Origin: Bacteroidia bacterium
GTDB lineage: Bacteria > Bacteroidota > Bacteroidia > UKL13-3
Reading direction: 5' to 3'
DNA: 64,000 nt
Assembly: GCA_044239605.1 (NCBI GenBank)
Contig: JBIIBC010000004.1
Coordinates: 136,558 to 200,557, forward strand
Below, in pieces: positions 50,065 to 59,877 of the stretch. Both the position numbers and the translations under genes were made by a program. How positions within the stretch are numbered: the first letter of the stretch is position 1; every line of letters begins with the position of its first letter. The notes beneath the pieces are model-generated. The model was not told the origin of the DNA. It saw only the letters and a list, made by a program, of their open reading frames with translations, and searched no databases.

Positions 50065-50445
50065 TTGAAAAAAGGAATTGCCATATTGTTAACATTGGTT
50101 TTTATTAGCCAAATAATAGCTAAACTAGCTGTTATAAGCTATTACCATGCCAATAAAACATATATTGCCAATACACTTTGTATTAATAAATATAACCCAC
50201 GTTCATGCTGCGAAGGAAGTTGTTTTTTAAATGATAAACTTTCAAAAACTGAAGAACCTGCTTCAAAAAAATTACCAACTACAATTAAAGATATTAATGA
50301 AATAGTAACGATATTGGAAGTTTATAAATCAATTGATTTTAAGTTTTCAATACCATTAACTATACATTTTTCTGATTATAAAAACTTATATAATTATTTA
50401 AGTTTTTCATCAGTATTTCACCCACCCAATTTATTATTTGTTTAA
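50065..50445 (+). CDS. Hypothetical small secreted Cys-containing protein
   Basis: 126 aa with a signal-anchor and a Cys cluster (NPRSCCEGSCF). Confidence 0.4.
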   Translation: MKKGIAILLTLVFISQIIAKLAVISYYHANKTYIANTLCINKYNPRSCCEGSCFLNDKLSKTEEPASKKLPTTIKDINEIVTILEVYKSIDFKFSIPLTIHFSDYKNLYNYLSFSSVFHPPNLLFV

Positions 50446-50530
50446 ATAAACTGTTTGAGAATTCTTTCAAACAAATAATTGCTTCATCGAAGCAACATTT
50501 TTAATCTTTTAAACTTAAACAAATAATTTT

Positions 50531-51364
50531 ATGAAATTTAATAAATTAGCCACAATTGCTTTTGCAATTGTTTTGGTTGTACTTAATGCGTGCAAAAAAG
50601 AAGAATCTACAACAAATAATACGCCAACAGTTAATACTGACACTATACCAAGTAGTTATGTTAAAATAGGCGAAACATACATAATTGGCGCTTCAGCCAA
50701 AGCAGTAGTTTATAGCACAGGAAATCTTTTTGTGGGATATAATCAATTATTTATAGCCATGTATGATTCGGTTACTAATACACGCTTAAATGATGGCCAT
50801 TTTGAAGCAGAGCCTATGATGATGATGGGAGATATGGAACATTCGTGCCCAACAGAAAACCAAGATGTTTCTATTCCTACTGATAAATTTTGGAAAGCCA
50901 ATATCATATTTACTATGGCTGGAAATTGGCATTTACATATGCATTTTCATAACCATAAAGTAGATATGGAAGGGGAGGGTGAATTAGACATAAATGTAGT
51001 TAGTCCTACCTTGCCATTAGTTAAAAGTACTGTAATTGCAGCTGATGACAGCTCATTATTATATGTAACTTTAGTAAGTAGTAAAAAACCAATTACAGGT
51101 TTAAATAATTTTGAAGTTGCATTGCATAAAGCTGAATCATTAACAAGCTATGCTGCGGTTAATGATTATACTGTCGAAATCGAACCTCTTATGTTGAGTA
51201 TGGGCCATGGTTCTACAGGTAATATCAATCCAACATTTACTGCTGATGGTCATTATAAAGGTACAGTAAATTACAGTATGCCAGGTGCTTGGCGAGTAAA
51301 AATTACATTGAAGAAAAATGGAAATGTAATGGACAATACTATTTATTTTGATGTAACAATCTAA
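50531..51364 (+). CDS. Met/His-rich lipoprotein, putative copper-binding, with tandem Ig-like (YtkA/FixH-like) folds
   Basis: 277 aa with a lipobox (LNACKKEE). A Met-rich patch (EPMMMMGDMEHSCP) and a His-rich patch (GNWHLHMHFHNHKVDMEGEGE). A repeated …G.W…(I/L)… module (GNWHLH / GAWRVKI). Confidence 0.45.
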   Translation: MKFNKLATIAFAIVLVVLNACKKEESTTNNTPTVNTDTIPSSYVKIGETYIIGASAKAVVYSTGNLFVGYNQLFIAMYDSVTNTRLNDGHFEAEPMMMMGDMEHSCPTENQDVSIPTDKFWKANIIFTMAGNWHLHMHFHNHKVDMEGEGELDINVVSPTLPLVKSTVIAADDSSLLYVTLVSSKKPITGLNNFEVALHKAESLTSYAAVNDYTVEIEPLMLSMGHGSTGNINPTFTADGHYKGTVNYSMPGAWRVKITLKKNGNVMDNTIYFDVTI

Positions 51365-51433
51365 TAAATAAATTTTTAACTAATTTAATTACAGCTAGTT
51401 GCTGTTAAAACTATCAATCAAAGAACTTTCAAA

Positions 51434-51829
51434 ATGAAAAAAATAATATTATTATTATCGTTAATAACTGTATTAATAGGTGCAAAAGCACAAAATGCCA
51501 TGAGCAAATGGCCTGAATTAAAATCATTTCAAGGTGTAATGTCACAAACTTTTCACCCAAGTGAAGAGGGTAATTTACAACCAATTAAAGAACGCAGCAA
51601 AGAATTGGCAACAAAAGCAAGCGCTTTATCAAAATCAAATATTCCTAATGAATTTAAAAATGATAAGGTAAAAAAAGCCATTTTAAAATTAGCTGAAGAT
51701 TCGAAAAAACTAAATAAACAAATTGAAGGTAAAAAGATTTCAGATGCTGATATCATTAAGTCTTTAAATAGTTTGCATGATGTTTTTCATCAAATAGTTG
51801 GTTTGTGCAATAAAGAGAACGAAAACTAA
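51434..51829 (+). CDS. Hypothetical secreted helical protein
   Basis: 131 aa with signal peptide. Lys/Glu-rich helical sequence containing His residues. Confidence 0.4.
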   Translation: MKKIILLLSLITVLIGAKAQNAMSKWPELKSFQGVMSQTFHPSEEGNLQPIKERSKELATKASALSKSNIPNEFKNDKVKKAILKLAEDSKKLNKQIEGKKISDADIIKSLNSLHDVFHQIVGLCNKENEN

Positions 51830-51832
51830 AGT

Positions 51833-52747
51833 ATGTTTAAAAAAAGTATAAAGCTAGCCTTGGCTAGCTTTTTTGTTGTTCTTGTAATTGTCAATAAATT
51901 AACAGCTTGTGATTTATGTGGAAGTGCCGTAACGAGTAGTTATTTGGGTATTTTACCTCAGTTTAAACAACATTTTATTGGAGTTAGACATCAGTTAAAT
52001 AGTTTTGAATCAAAACCTTTGGCATCTTTAGGTTTAGGTTCTGGAAGCAATGCTTTATCAACCGATTTACTACAAAGAACAGAAGTTTGGGGGAGGTTTT
52101 ATCCAGTAAATCGTGTTCAATTATTTGCATTTGTTCCCTATCAAATTAATACAAAAACAGAAGAAGATATTTCGGAAACTACTCATGGCTTGTCCGACAT
52201 AAGTATTTTAGCTAATTATTTACTCATAAATACAGGAGATACAAGCCGATTAAGTTGGAAAAATACACTTTCGGTAGGAGCAGGTATTAAAGCTCCAACA
52301 GGTAAGTTTGATAAAGATGGTGCACCTGCTTTACAAATTGGAACTGGAACTTGGGATTATTTATTTACAACAATTTATACAAGTCGGTACAAAAAATGGG
52401 GTGTGAATATAGATGCCAATTATAGACTGAATGGTGCCAATGAAAATTATCAATTTGGCAACCGAATATCGACTAGTTTGAGGTTTTTTTATTGGCAAAA
52501 AAAACGCATAACATCATATATACCAAACTTAGGAATATTGGCTGAACATGCTGAAAAAGATTTAAAAAATAATGTAATTCAAAAATATACCGGAGGTAAT
52601 GGATTTTATGCCAATATGGGTTTGGATTTATATTATAAAAAAGTATCAATTGGAGTGAATTTTTCATTGCCAATTTCTGAGAGTTTAAACGAAAACATGG
52701 TAAATACTAAATACCGAACAAGCCTTCAGGCCATTTATTTATTTTAA
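51833..52747 (+). CDS. Outer-membrane beta-barrel protein, MetA-pathway/transporter-like, with an N-terminal CxxC
   Basis: 304 aa with a signal peptide followed by ACDLCGS. Beta-strand periodicity and a C-terminal aromatic residue (…LQAIYLF). Confidence 0.45.
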   Translation: MFKKSIKLALASFFVVLVIVNKLTACDLCGSAVTSSYLGILPQFKQHFIGVRHQLNSFESKPLASLGLGSGSNALSTDLLQRTEVWGRFYPVNRVQLFAFVPYQINTKTEEDISETTHGLSDISILANYLLINTGDTSRLSWKNTLSVGAGIKAPTGKFDKDGAPALQIGTGTWDYLFTTIYTSRYKKWGVNIDANYRLNGANENYQFGNRISTSLRFFYWQKKRITSYIPNLGILAEHAEKDLKNNVIQKYTGGNGFYANMGLDLYYKKVSIGVNFSLPISESLNENMVNTKYRTSLQAIYLF

Positions 52748-52761
52748 AATAAAAAGAATCA

Positions 52762-53469
52762 ATGAAAAAAAATGATATAAAAATAGGAGCAGCTTTAGTT
52801 TTGTTTCTATTGATTATTGCATGCAATAAGGACGTGCATATAACCTCAGATATACCCACGGTAACTTTTGTAAGCCCAAGTAATAACAAGGTTTTTACTG
52901 AAAGCGACACTGTGTTTTTGCAGATAAAAATTGAAGCAATCAACGAAATTCACGATTATTCGGTTCAAGTAATGAACTTAACCGAAGGTACTGAAAGTTA
53001 TATGTATTATGGTCATTCAGACAAAAATGTGGCTTTGACTGAAGTTAATTTTATACCAAATGTAAATATGGATGCCGAAATGCAAATAATAGTTACCACC
53101 TTAAACCATAATGGTGAGAAGTATTTTTCTACTCAAAATTTCAAGGTATTAAATACCATCAAAAATACCAAGCCAACTATTGAAATTTTATCGCCAACTG
53201 ATATGTCGTTTAATAATGGTGATATTTTAAATTTAAAGGCGTCTATTAAGCATTTTGATGTTTTGGAAAAAGCCTTTTTGATTTTGTTGCAAAACAAAGA
53301 TACCATTTTGAATTTAAAACCAAATGTAATTGGCTTAAAAAATTATACTTTTGATACCTCTTATATCATAAATATTACGGCTGATGCAAACTTTAATTTA
53401 ATGGTTGGTGTTACTGATACTAATAAAATATCTAATTTAAAAACTACTAATTTTCATGTACATCGTTAA
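52762..53469 (+). CDS. Hypothetical lipoprotein with Ig-like repeats
   Basis: 235 aa with a lipobox (LLIIACNKD) and two similar beta-rich segments. Confidence 0.4.
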   Translation: MKKNDIKIGAALVLFLLIIACNKDVHITSDIPTVTFVSPSNNKVFTESDTVFLQIKIEAINEIHDYSVQVMNLTEGTESYMYYGHSDKNVALTEVNFIPNVNMDAEMQIIVTTLNHNGEKYFSTQNFKVLNTIKNTKPTIEILSPTDMSFNNGDILNLKASIKHFDVLEKAFLILLQNKDTILNLKPNVIGLKNYTFDTSYIINITADANFNLMVGVTDTNKISNLKTTNFHVHR

Positions 53470-53863
53470 ATTTCCTATATTTTTCCTATTACTTTCATTG
53501 CTAATGTTAGCTTGTAATTCAAATATTAATAAAGCAGAACAAATTGACAAAGAAGTGATGCAAAAACACGATGAAGCAATGGCTAAATCGGGTTACGTAT
53601 TATCTTTGAAACGAAAAATAAACAACAAGCTTGATTCTGTAGGTGATTCATTTTTAAAGGACTCGTTAAGAGCAATTTCTGTAAAGCTGTACACTGCTGA
53701 TAGGTTGATGCTTGATTGGATGCATCAATACCAAACACCTAATTATGAAACTGATACAGCGGCAGCTTATTTGAATTTACAATTAGAAAAAATAAATAAA
53801 GTACATTCTATTACCTTTGAAAGCATTAAATCTGCTGAGGCTATTTTAAAAAATGAAAAATAA
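53456..53863 (+). CDS. Hypothetical lipoprotein, helical
   Basis: 135 aa with a lipobox (LMLACNSN). Its start overlaps the upstream gene. Confidence 0.4.
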   Translation: MYIVKFPIFFLLLSLLMLACNSNINKAEQIDKEVMQKHDEAMAKSGYVLSLKRKINNKLDSVGDSFLKDSLRAISVKLYTADRLMLDWMHQYQTPNYETDTAAAYLNLQLEKINKVHSITFESIKSAEAILKNEK

Positions 53864-54485
53864 AATAATTCCAATTTTGATTGTACTGTTTTTAACTGCG
53901 GCTTGTGGTAAAAAACAATTGCCCATAATGGGCGAAAGAGCAATAGATATTAAGATGGTAGATGGTAAAGAAGTAATAGATACTATTTATAAATCAGTTC
54001 CAGATTTTACTTTTACTAATCAAGATAGCGCTATAATAACGCAAGATGTGGTTAAAAATAAAATATACGTGGCTGATTTCTTTTTTGTAACCTGTCCAAC
54101 CATTTGTCCGCGAATGAAAAAGAATTTACTTACCATTTATAATGCTTACAAAGGCAATAATGATATTGTGTTTTTGTCGCATACTATCGATCCTGAACAT
54201 GATACGGTAGCAGTTTTGAAAGATTTTGCAAATCGTTTGGGAGCAGATAGCAAGCAATGGCATTTTTTAACAGGAAACAGAGATTCGATTTATGAAATTG
54301 CTACACATGGATATTATGCAACTGCCTTGCCCGATTCAACCGAACCAGGAGGTTATGTGCATAGCGGAGGTTTAATTTTAGTTGATAAACACCGCAGGGT
54401 GCGTGGCATTTACGATGGCACAAGTGCTAAGGATGCTGAAGTATTAATTAAAGACATTGAGATACTTTTAGATGAAAAAGAATAA
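53853..54485 (+). CDS. SCO1/SenC-family copper chaperone (thioredoxin fold)
   Basis: 210 aa with a lipoprotein signal. CxxxC motif in the conserved context (VADFFFVTCPTICPRM) plus a downstream His (…HSGG…). Confidence 0.75.
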   Translation: MKNKIIPILIVLFLTAACGKKQLPIMGERAIDIKMVDGKEVIDTIYKSVPDFTFTNQDSAIITQDVVKNKIYVADFFFVTCPTICPRMKKNLLTIYNAYKGNNDIVFLSHTIDPEHDTVAVLKDFANRLGADSKQWHFLTGNRDSIYEIATHGYYATALPDSTEPGGYVHSGGLILVDKHRRVRGIYDGTSAKDAEVLIKDIEILLDEKE

Positions 54486-54855
54486 GTTATTAGTTCTAGG
54501 TATTTTAATAGCTGTTTATAGCAGTTGCATTGATAATAAGTTTAACAATGCAACTGTTAATTTAGCTTCTGGCTATCAATTGTATGAAAAAAATTGTAGC
54601 AATTGCCACCAAACAGATGGGAGTGGACTAGCCCAATTATACCCGCCATTGTTAAATTCTGATTTTATAAAATCGAATCCTAGTCTAGTTGATTCGATAG
54701 TGCGACACGGACAAAGTGGCCCAGTTATCGTTAATGGTATTCAATACAATATGGTAATGTTGCCTAATAAAAAATTAAGTGATTTTGAAATAAAACAAAT
54801 TGCCTCTTATGTATTGATTAAGTTTAATAAACTTGATAGTTTATATACAAATTAA
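54472..54855 (+). CDS. Class-I monoheme cytochrome c
   Basis: 127 aa with a signal peptide. Single CxxCH (CSNCHQ) and a downstream Met (…YNMVML…). Its start overlaps the SCO gene. Confidence 0.65.
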   Translation: MKKNKLLVLGILIAVYSSCIDNKFNNATVNLASGYQLYEKNCSNCHQTDGSGLAQLYPPLLNSDFIKSNPSLVDSIVRHGQSGPVIVNGIQYNMVMLPNKKLSDFEIKQIASYVLIKFNKLDSLYTN

Positions 54856-54906
54856 TTGGTGATTTATTTTTTAGTCTTTAATTTTATAAATGTAAATTGT
54901 TTATAA

Positions 54907-55893
54907 TTGCATTGTATGCATAGTACAAATTCAATTTATAAATTAACTGCCTTATGGGCTTTTGCAGAGTGTAGTCTTGGTGGCTTAATGCATTTGTTTA
55001 AGGTTCCATTTACGGGTTTTTTTATTGGTGGATTTGCCATAATAATAATTGGGTTAATAGCATTTTTAAGCAACCAAAGTTTTAAAATAATTATTCAATC
55101 TACATTACTAGTAATACTAGTAAAAGCGGCTGTTAGTCCGCAATCTCCACCTGCTGCTTATTTTGCAGTGTTCTTTCAAGGATTATTTGGAGCAATTGTA
55201 TTTAAAGGTTTTGGTTTTAATAAATTAAGTGCTATTGTATTTGGTTCTATAGCAATGGTTGAATCAAGCATTCAGATGATAATAAGTAAAACCATTTTTT
55301 ATGGTATGAGTTTTTGGAATGCCATTGATATTTTTTTTATTAATGTTATAAAAGAGTTTGGCTTAAAATCAGGTGTTTCATTTAGTTTTTGGTTAATAGT
55401 ATCTTACATGTTATTATATGCAATTTGGGGTGTGGTATTAGGTTTTTGGTTATCAAATTTACCTAATTTAATTACCGAAAAATGGATTGAAATTAAATAT
55501 AAAGTTATTAGTGTTAATTTATTTGAACTTCCCCAAAACAAGCATAAATTTAAAAAAATCAAATGGCTTGGTTTTGTTTTTACACTCTCTTTTATAATAA
55601 TAGTAATATTAGTAAATGGAGAACATAAATTGGATGCGTTGTTTATTGTTTTACGAACAGTTTCTGTAATTGCAATTCTATATTTTATTGTAATGCCATT
55701 TATGCAATTAGTAATTAAAAAATACTCAATTAATAAGCAGGCTCGAATTAATGAAATTGTAAAAGAATTACCTAAAATAAGGCAAACTGCTGAATTGGCT
55801 TATGCTTTGGCAAGTGAAAATAAAAATGGAATAAGTAGATATAAAGAATTTGTTTGGATTTTAATTACCCTTACTTTGTACGATGAAGCCTAA
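54907..55893 (+). CDS. Hypothetical polytopic membrane protein
   Basis: 328 aa with ~8 TM helices. It overlaps the start of the downstream NTPase-MobA gene by 11 nt. Confidence 0.45.
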   Translation: MHCMHSTNSIYKLTALWAFAECSLGGLMHLFKVPFTGFFIGGFAIIIIGLIAFLSNQSFKIIIQSTLLVILVKAAVSPQSPPAAYFAVFFQGLFGAIVFKGFGFNKLSAIVFGSIAMVESSIQMIISKTIFYGMSFWNAIDIFFINVIKEFGLKSGVSFSFWLIVSYMLLYAIWGVVLGFWLSNLPNLITEKWIEIKYKVISVNLFELPQNKHKFKKIKWLGFVFTLSFIIIVILVNGEHKLDALFIVLRTVSVIAILYFIVMPFMQLVIKKYSINKQARINEIVKELPKIRQTAELAYALASENKNGISRYKEFVWILITLTLYDEA

Positions 55894-56956
55894 TATTTTC
55901 ATATTAAGCAGACCTATTCAATCGGGTAAAACCACTGAATTAATGGAGTGGTGTGAAGGCAAAAATAATATAGAAGGCATTCTTACACCAGACATAGAAA
56001 ACTCCAGAAAACTATACGATATTGCAAACAAAAAATATATTGATTTTGAAGTTGAACAAACTTTTACTGACACAAATATAGTTTCTATAGGAAAATATAA
56101 TTTTTTTGAACACGTTTTTGAAAAGGCTCAACAGATTATTTTAAATCAAACTGATTCTGATTTTTTAATAATTGATGAAATTGGACGATTAGAATTAAAT
56201 CAAAACAAAGGACTAGAACCTGGATTAGGGATTATCATAAAAAAGTATTTAAATAAGGAAATTTCAAGTAATTTAATACTTGTTATCCGTGATTACTTAT
56301 TGGATGAATGTATTGAAAAGTATCAATTACAAGAGGCAAAAATAATTGATTCAATAGCTGAAATCCCTGCAACTAATAACCTTCTTGGATTGGTATTGTG
56401 TGGTGGTTCAAGTGTTAGAATGAAAACAGATAAAGCCTTTTTAAATTACCATGGTAAAGAACAAATTTATTATTTAGCCGACAAAATGGAGTCTATTTGT
56501 GAACAGGTTTTTATATCTTGTAATGAATCACAAAAAGATAAAATAGACCAGAATTGTCAAGTAATTGTTGATAGTGCGACTTATCAAAATTCAGGGCCAA
56601 TAAACGCCATATTAACTGCATATGAATTGTATCCAAACAAGCCTATTTTTGTTTTAGCTTGTGATTATCCTTTACTAACATCAGCTGATTTAATAAAGTT
56701 AAAAGATGTTTTTCTCAAGCACAAAAAAACTGTTTCCTTTTATAATTATAATACTGATTTTAGAGAACCGTTAATTGCTATTTATCATCCAAGTGATTTA
56801 AGCCAATTATTAGCCTTTTACAAAAATGGCAATACAAGTTTGCAATTGTTTTTAGATAAAATTGATGCAATAAAAGTTGAACCATTAAATTTGAAAAGTA
56901 TAATCAGTATAGATTCACCATCAGATTTTAATAATATAAAGTTAAACCTAATTTAG
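55883..56956 (+). CDS. mobA: Fusion of a P-loop NTPase (THEP1/MobB-like) and molybdenum cofactor guanylyltransferase MobA
   Basis: N-terminal ~170 aa: Walker A (RPIQSGKTTEL) and Walker B (FLIIDEIGRLE). C-terminal ~190 aa: MobA motifs (LGLVLCGGSSVRM, GPINAILTAYE, FVLACDYPLL). Confidence 0.6.
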   Translation: MKPNIFILSRPIQSGKTTELMEWCEGKNNIEGILTPDIENSRKLYDIANKKYIDFEVEQTFTDTNIVSIGKYNFFEHVFEKAQQIILNQTDSDFLIIDEIGRLELNQNKGLEPGLGIIIKKYLNKEISSNLILVIRDYLLDECIEKYQLQEAKIIDSIAEIPATNNLLGLVLCGGSSVRMKTDKAFLNYHGKEQIYYLADKMESICEQVFISCNESQKDKIDQNCQVIVDSATYQNSGPINAILTAYELYPNKPIFVLACDYPLLTSADLIKLKDVFLKHKKTVSFYNYNTDFREPLIAIYHPSDLSQLLAFYKNGNTSLQLFLDKIDAIKVEPLNLKSIISIDSPSDFNNIKLNLI

Positions 56957-56961
56957 TAAAC

Positions 56962-57816
56962 ATGATTAAACCCTCCGTTTCGACTATTCAAATTGTAACA
57001 TTTAATAATGGTGAATACAACGAATCAACCGATTTAGTTGCAGTTGAGGAGCCATTGGAAATTAGAATAGGTTATGGCCCGGTAAATAATCGTGAGCAAA
57101 AAAATATATCAATTACCATGCGTACACCTGGTCATGATTTTGAGTTAGCTTTAGGATTTTTATTTACCGAAGGTATTATTGAAAACGCAAAAGATATTAA
57201 GCAAATAAAATACTGTACTGAATTAAATACTAAAAATGATAATCAAAATATTGTAAGAGTAGAATTATCTGAATTTGTTAAAATTGATCTTAAAAAGTTG
57301 CAGCGCAATTTTTACACCACATCTAGTTGTGGTGTATGCGGGAAATCAAGCATTGATTCAATTAAAACGGTTTGTGCTGTTAGTATCTCTAATCGTAAAT
57401 TTGAAGTAAATCAAACGATAATTACTCAATTACCTAATAAGTTAAGAACTCAGCAAGATGTATTTAAATATACAGGAGGTATTCATGGTTGCGCATTGTT
57501 TGATTCAAAAGGAAATATGGAGATAAGTAGGGAAGATGTTGGAAGGCACAATGCCTTAGATAAATTAATTGGCTCATTGATAAGTAATAAAAATGAGTGT
57601 AATACATTTGAGGAAAAAATACTACTTTTAAGTGGAAGAGCTAGTTTTGAATTAATACAAAAGGCAGCCATGTTAGGTGTGAAAGTTGTTTGTGCAGTAG
57701 GTGCTCCAAGTAGTTTAGCTGTTCAAACAGCCATTGAATTTGATATTACTTTAATTGGTTTTTTAAGAGAAAACAGGTTTAATATTTACTCTCATTCTCA
57801 TAGGGTAATATCATAA
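56962..57816 (+). CDS. fdhD: Formate dehydrogenase accessory sulfurtransferase FdhD
   Basis: 284 aa with the conserved Cys loop (SSCGVCGKSSID). The overall pattern matches FdhD. Confidence 0.7.
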   Translation: MIKPSVSTIQIVTFNNGEYNESTDLVAVEEPLEIRIGYGPVNNREQKNISITMRTPGHDFELALGFLFTEGIIENAKDIKQIKYCTELNTKNDNQNIVRVELSEFVKIDLKKLQRNFYTTSSCGVCGKSSIDSIKTVCAVSISNRKFEVNQTIITQLPNKLRTQQDVFKYTGGIHGCALFDSKGNMEISREDVGRHNALDKLIGSLISNKNECNTFEEKILLLSGRASFELIQKAAMLGVKVVCAVGAPSSLAVQTAIEFDITLIGFLRENRFNIYSHSHRVIS

Positions 57817-57848
57817 TAGGTGTAATAATAAAATTACACCTATTTTGT
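57816..57848. terminator. Terminator hairpin between the convergent fdhD and gldC-like genes
   Basis: Perfect hairpin ataggtgtaat-aataaa-attacacctat followed by tttg. Confidence 0.45.
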
Positions 57849-57856
57849 ACTAAAAT

Positions 57857-58201
57857 TTAGTGTTGATGGTCTGGGCCAAATATTTCGGTTTTATGCCCAA
57901 AATGATGCGCAAACTCTCTAATTTCATCAGCCACTTCTTTGTTATTAGTAGCTCTCTCATAGGTATCACCAAGGGTGGCAAGAGTTTGAAACATAAATAA
58001 ATTCATTTCATCTACTTGCATTTCATTTGTCCAAAGGTCTATACGCATGGCATTTTGTTGTAAGCCATCAAATAAAGAAAGCAATACTGCTTTGGCTGGT
58101 TGTTGCCCGTCAAAATCTGCATCATCAGCATCCCATTTTATCATGGAAGGCATATTTTTATCATCTATTTCTACGTCTATTCGTATTTGGGATTTTTTCA
58201 T
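57857..58201 (-). CDS. gldC: GldC-like gliding-motility-associated protein
   Basis: 114 aa, soluble. The sequence (…IDLWTNEMQVDEMNLFMFQTLATLGDTYERAT…IREFAHHF…) matches my memory of Flavobacterium GldC (…DLWTK.M.VDDM..F..QTL..LA..FERAT…). Confidence 0.45.
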   Translation of the reverse strand: MKKSQIRIDVEIDDKNMPSMIKWDADDADFDGQQPAKAVLLSLFDGLQQNAMRIDLWTNEMQVDEMNLFMFQTLATLGDTYERATNNKEVADEIREFAHHFGHKTEIFGPDHQH

Positions 58202-58296
58202 TTTTTATAGTTAATATGTTGATTGGTTAATTAGGTTGAGTTACGAATTGATTAAGTCATTTTCTTGAATCATAACTCAAATATCACAAATCAGTT

Positions 58297-59658
58297 TTAG
58301 CTTATGGCTTCAATTAAATCTTGTTTGGTTATTATATGTACTTGATTCATTAAATCTTTAACTAATACTGCTGCATTATCTTTGGTAATTAAGCGCGAAA
58401 CTTCTTCCATGCTGGCTTTAGCATCAATAAAAGGGAAAGCAGGACTCATTACTTCCCTAACCATTTTTTGTTTCAATTCGTGGTTTTCCATTAACATTCC
58501 AAATAAATTTGTATCGGTTAAAGAGCCAACAAATTCACCTAATTCATTAGTTACTGGTAGCTGAGAAATAAAGAACTTTTTCATTAATTGAACCGCTGAA
58601 CCAACCGTGTCAGTAGTTTTTGCCGTAACTAATTTCTGGTGTTTATGACCTTCAATTAAATTGATGGCACGGGTTTGTTCGGTTAATAAGAAACCTCTAT
58701 CGCGCATCCAATCATCATTGAACATTTTGCCTAAATAACGTGTACCATGGTCATGAAAAATAACCACTACCACATCATCTTTTTTAAACATATCTTTCAT
58801 TTGTAAAATACCCGCAAGGGCAGAACCTGCAGAATTTCCAGCAAAAATACCCTCTTCACGCGGTATTCTTCGGGTCATCATGGCCGCATCCTTATCGGTT
58901 ACTTTTTCAAAATGATCAATTAATTCAAAATTTACGTTAGCTGGTAAAAAATCCTCTCCAATACCTTCAGTTATATAAGGGTAAATTTCATTTTTATCAA
59001 AAATTCCAGTTTCTAGGTACTTTTTAAAAACCGAGCCATATGTGTCAATACCTAAAGCTTTTATGTTAGGATTTTTTTCTTTTAAAAATTTAGCAGTTCC
59101 ACACAATGTACCACCAGTTCCTACACCTACAACTAAATGAGTAATTTTACCATCAGTTTGTTCCCAAATTTCTGGGCCAGTTTGTTCGTAATGAGCCTGC
59201 GAGTTAGAAAGATTATCGTATTGATTTGGTTTCCATGAATTCGGAACTTCATTAATCAATCTACTTGAAACAGAATAGTAAGAACGAGGATCTTCAGGTT
59301 CTACATCGGTTGGGCAAACAATCACTTCTGCACCAAATGCTTTTAATGCATCTACTTTTTCCTTACTTTGCTTATCGGTAGTGGTAAAAATACATTTATA
59401 ACCTTTTATAACGGCAGCAATAGCTAGGCCCATTCCTGTATTTCCGCTAGTTCCCTCTATGATTGTTCCACCTGGCTTTAATCTTCCATCACGTTCGGCA
59501 TCTTCAATCATTTTAAGTGCCATTCTATCTTTTATGCTATTACCAGGATTAGTAGTTTCGATTTTTGCTAAAACGGTACAAGGTAAATCTTTAACTATAT
59601 TGTTTAGTTTTACCATTGGTGTATTTCCAATGGTTTCTAAGACGTTGTTTTTCCACAT
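58297..59658 (-). CDS. Cystathionine beta-synthase-like enzyme (PLP cysteine-synthase fold plus tandem CBS domains)
   Basis: 453 aa. PLP-lysine context (NPGNSIKDRMALKMI) and a Gly loop (GTSGNTGMGLA). The C-terminal ~120 aa have a CBS-pair pattern. Confidence 0.75.
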   Translation of the reverse strand: MWKNNVLETIGNTPMVKLNNIVKDLPCTVLAKIETTNPGNSIKDRMALKMIEDAERDGRLKPGGTIIEGTSGNTGMGLAIAAVIKGYKCIFTTTDKQSKEKVDALKAFGAEVIVCPTDVEPEDPRSYYSVSSRLINEVPNSWKPNQYDNLSNSQAHYEQTGPEIWEQTDGKITHLVVGVGTGGTLCGTAKFLKEKNPNIKALGIDTYGSVFKKYLETGIFDKNEIYPYITEGIGEDFLPANVNFELIDHFEKVTDKDAAMMTRRIPREEGIFAGNSAGSALAGILQMKDMFKKDDVVVVIFHDHGTRYLGKMFNDDWMRDRGFLLTEQTRAINLIEGHKHQKLVTAKTTDTVGSAVQLMKKFFISQLPVTNELGEFVGSLTDTNLFGMLMENHELKQKMVREVMSPAFPFIDAKASMEEVSRLITKDNAAVLVKDLMNQVHIITKQDLIEAIS

Positions 59659-59877
59659 GGGCGCAAACTTAACATTACTCCACTTGAATACAAAACAATT
59701 TATTGAAAGTGTTTTAATATAAAAACAAATTTTCTTAATATAATTTTAAATGAAAAATAGACTAATTATCATCAATAAATGTTAGTTCGTATAAGTTTTG
59801 TACAAAAAAATGCAAAATATTTAACATAGTGTTAATACTACAAATCTACCTTTGTATACTTTAATAAAATTAAAACA

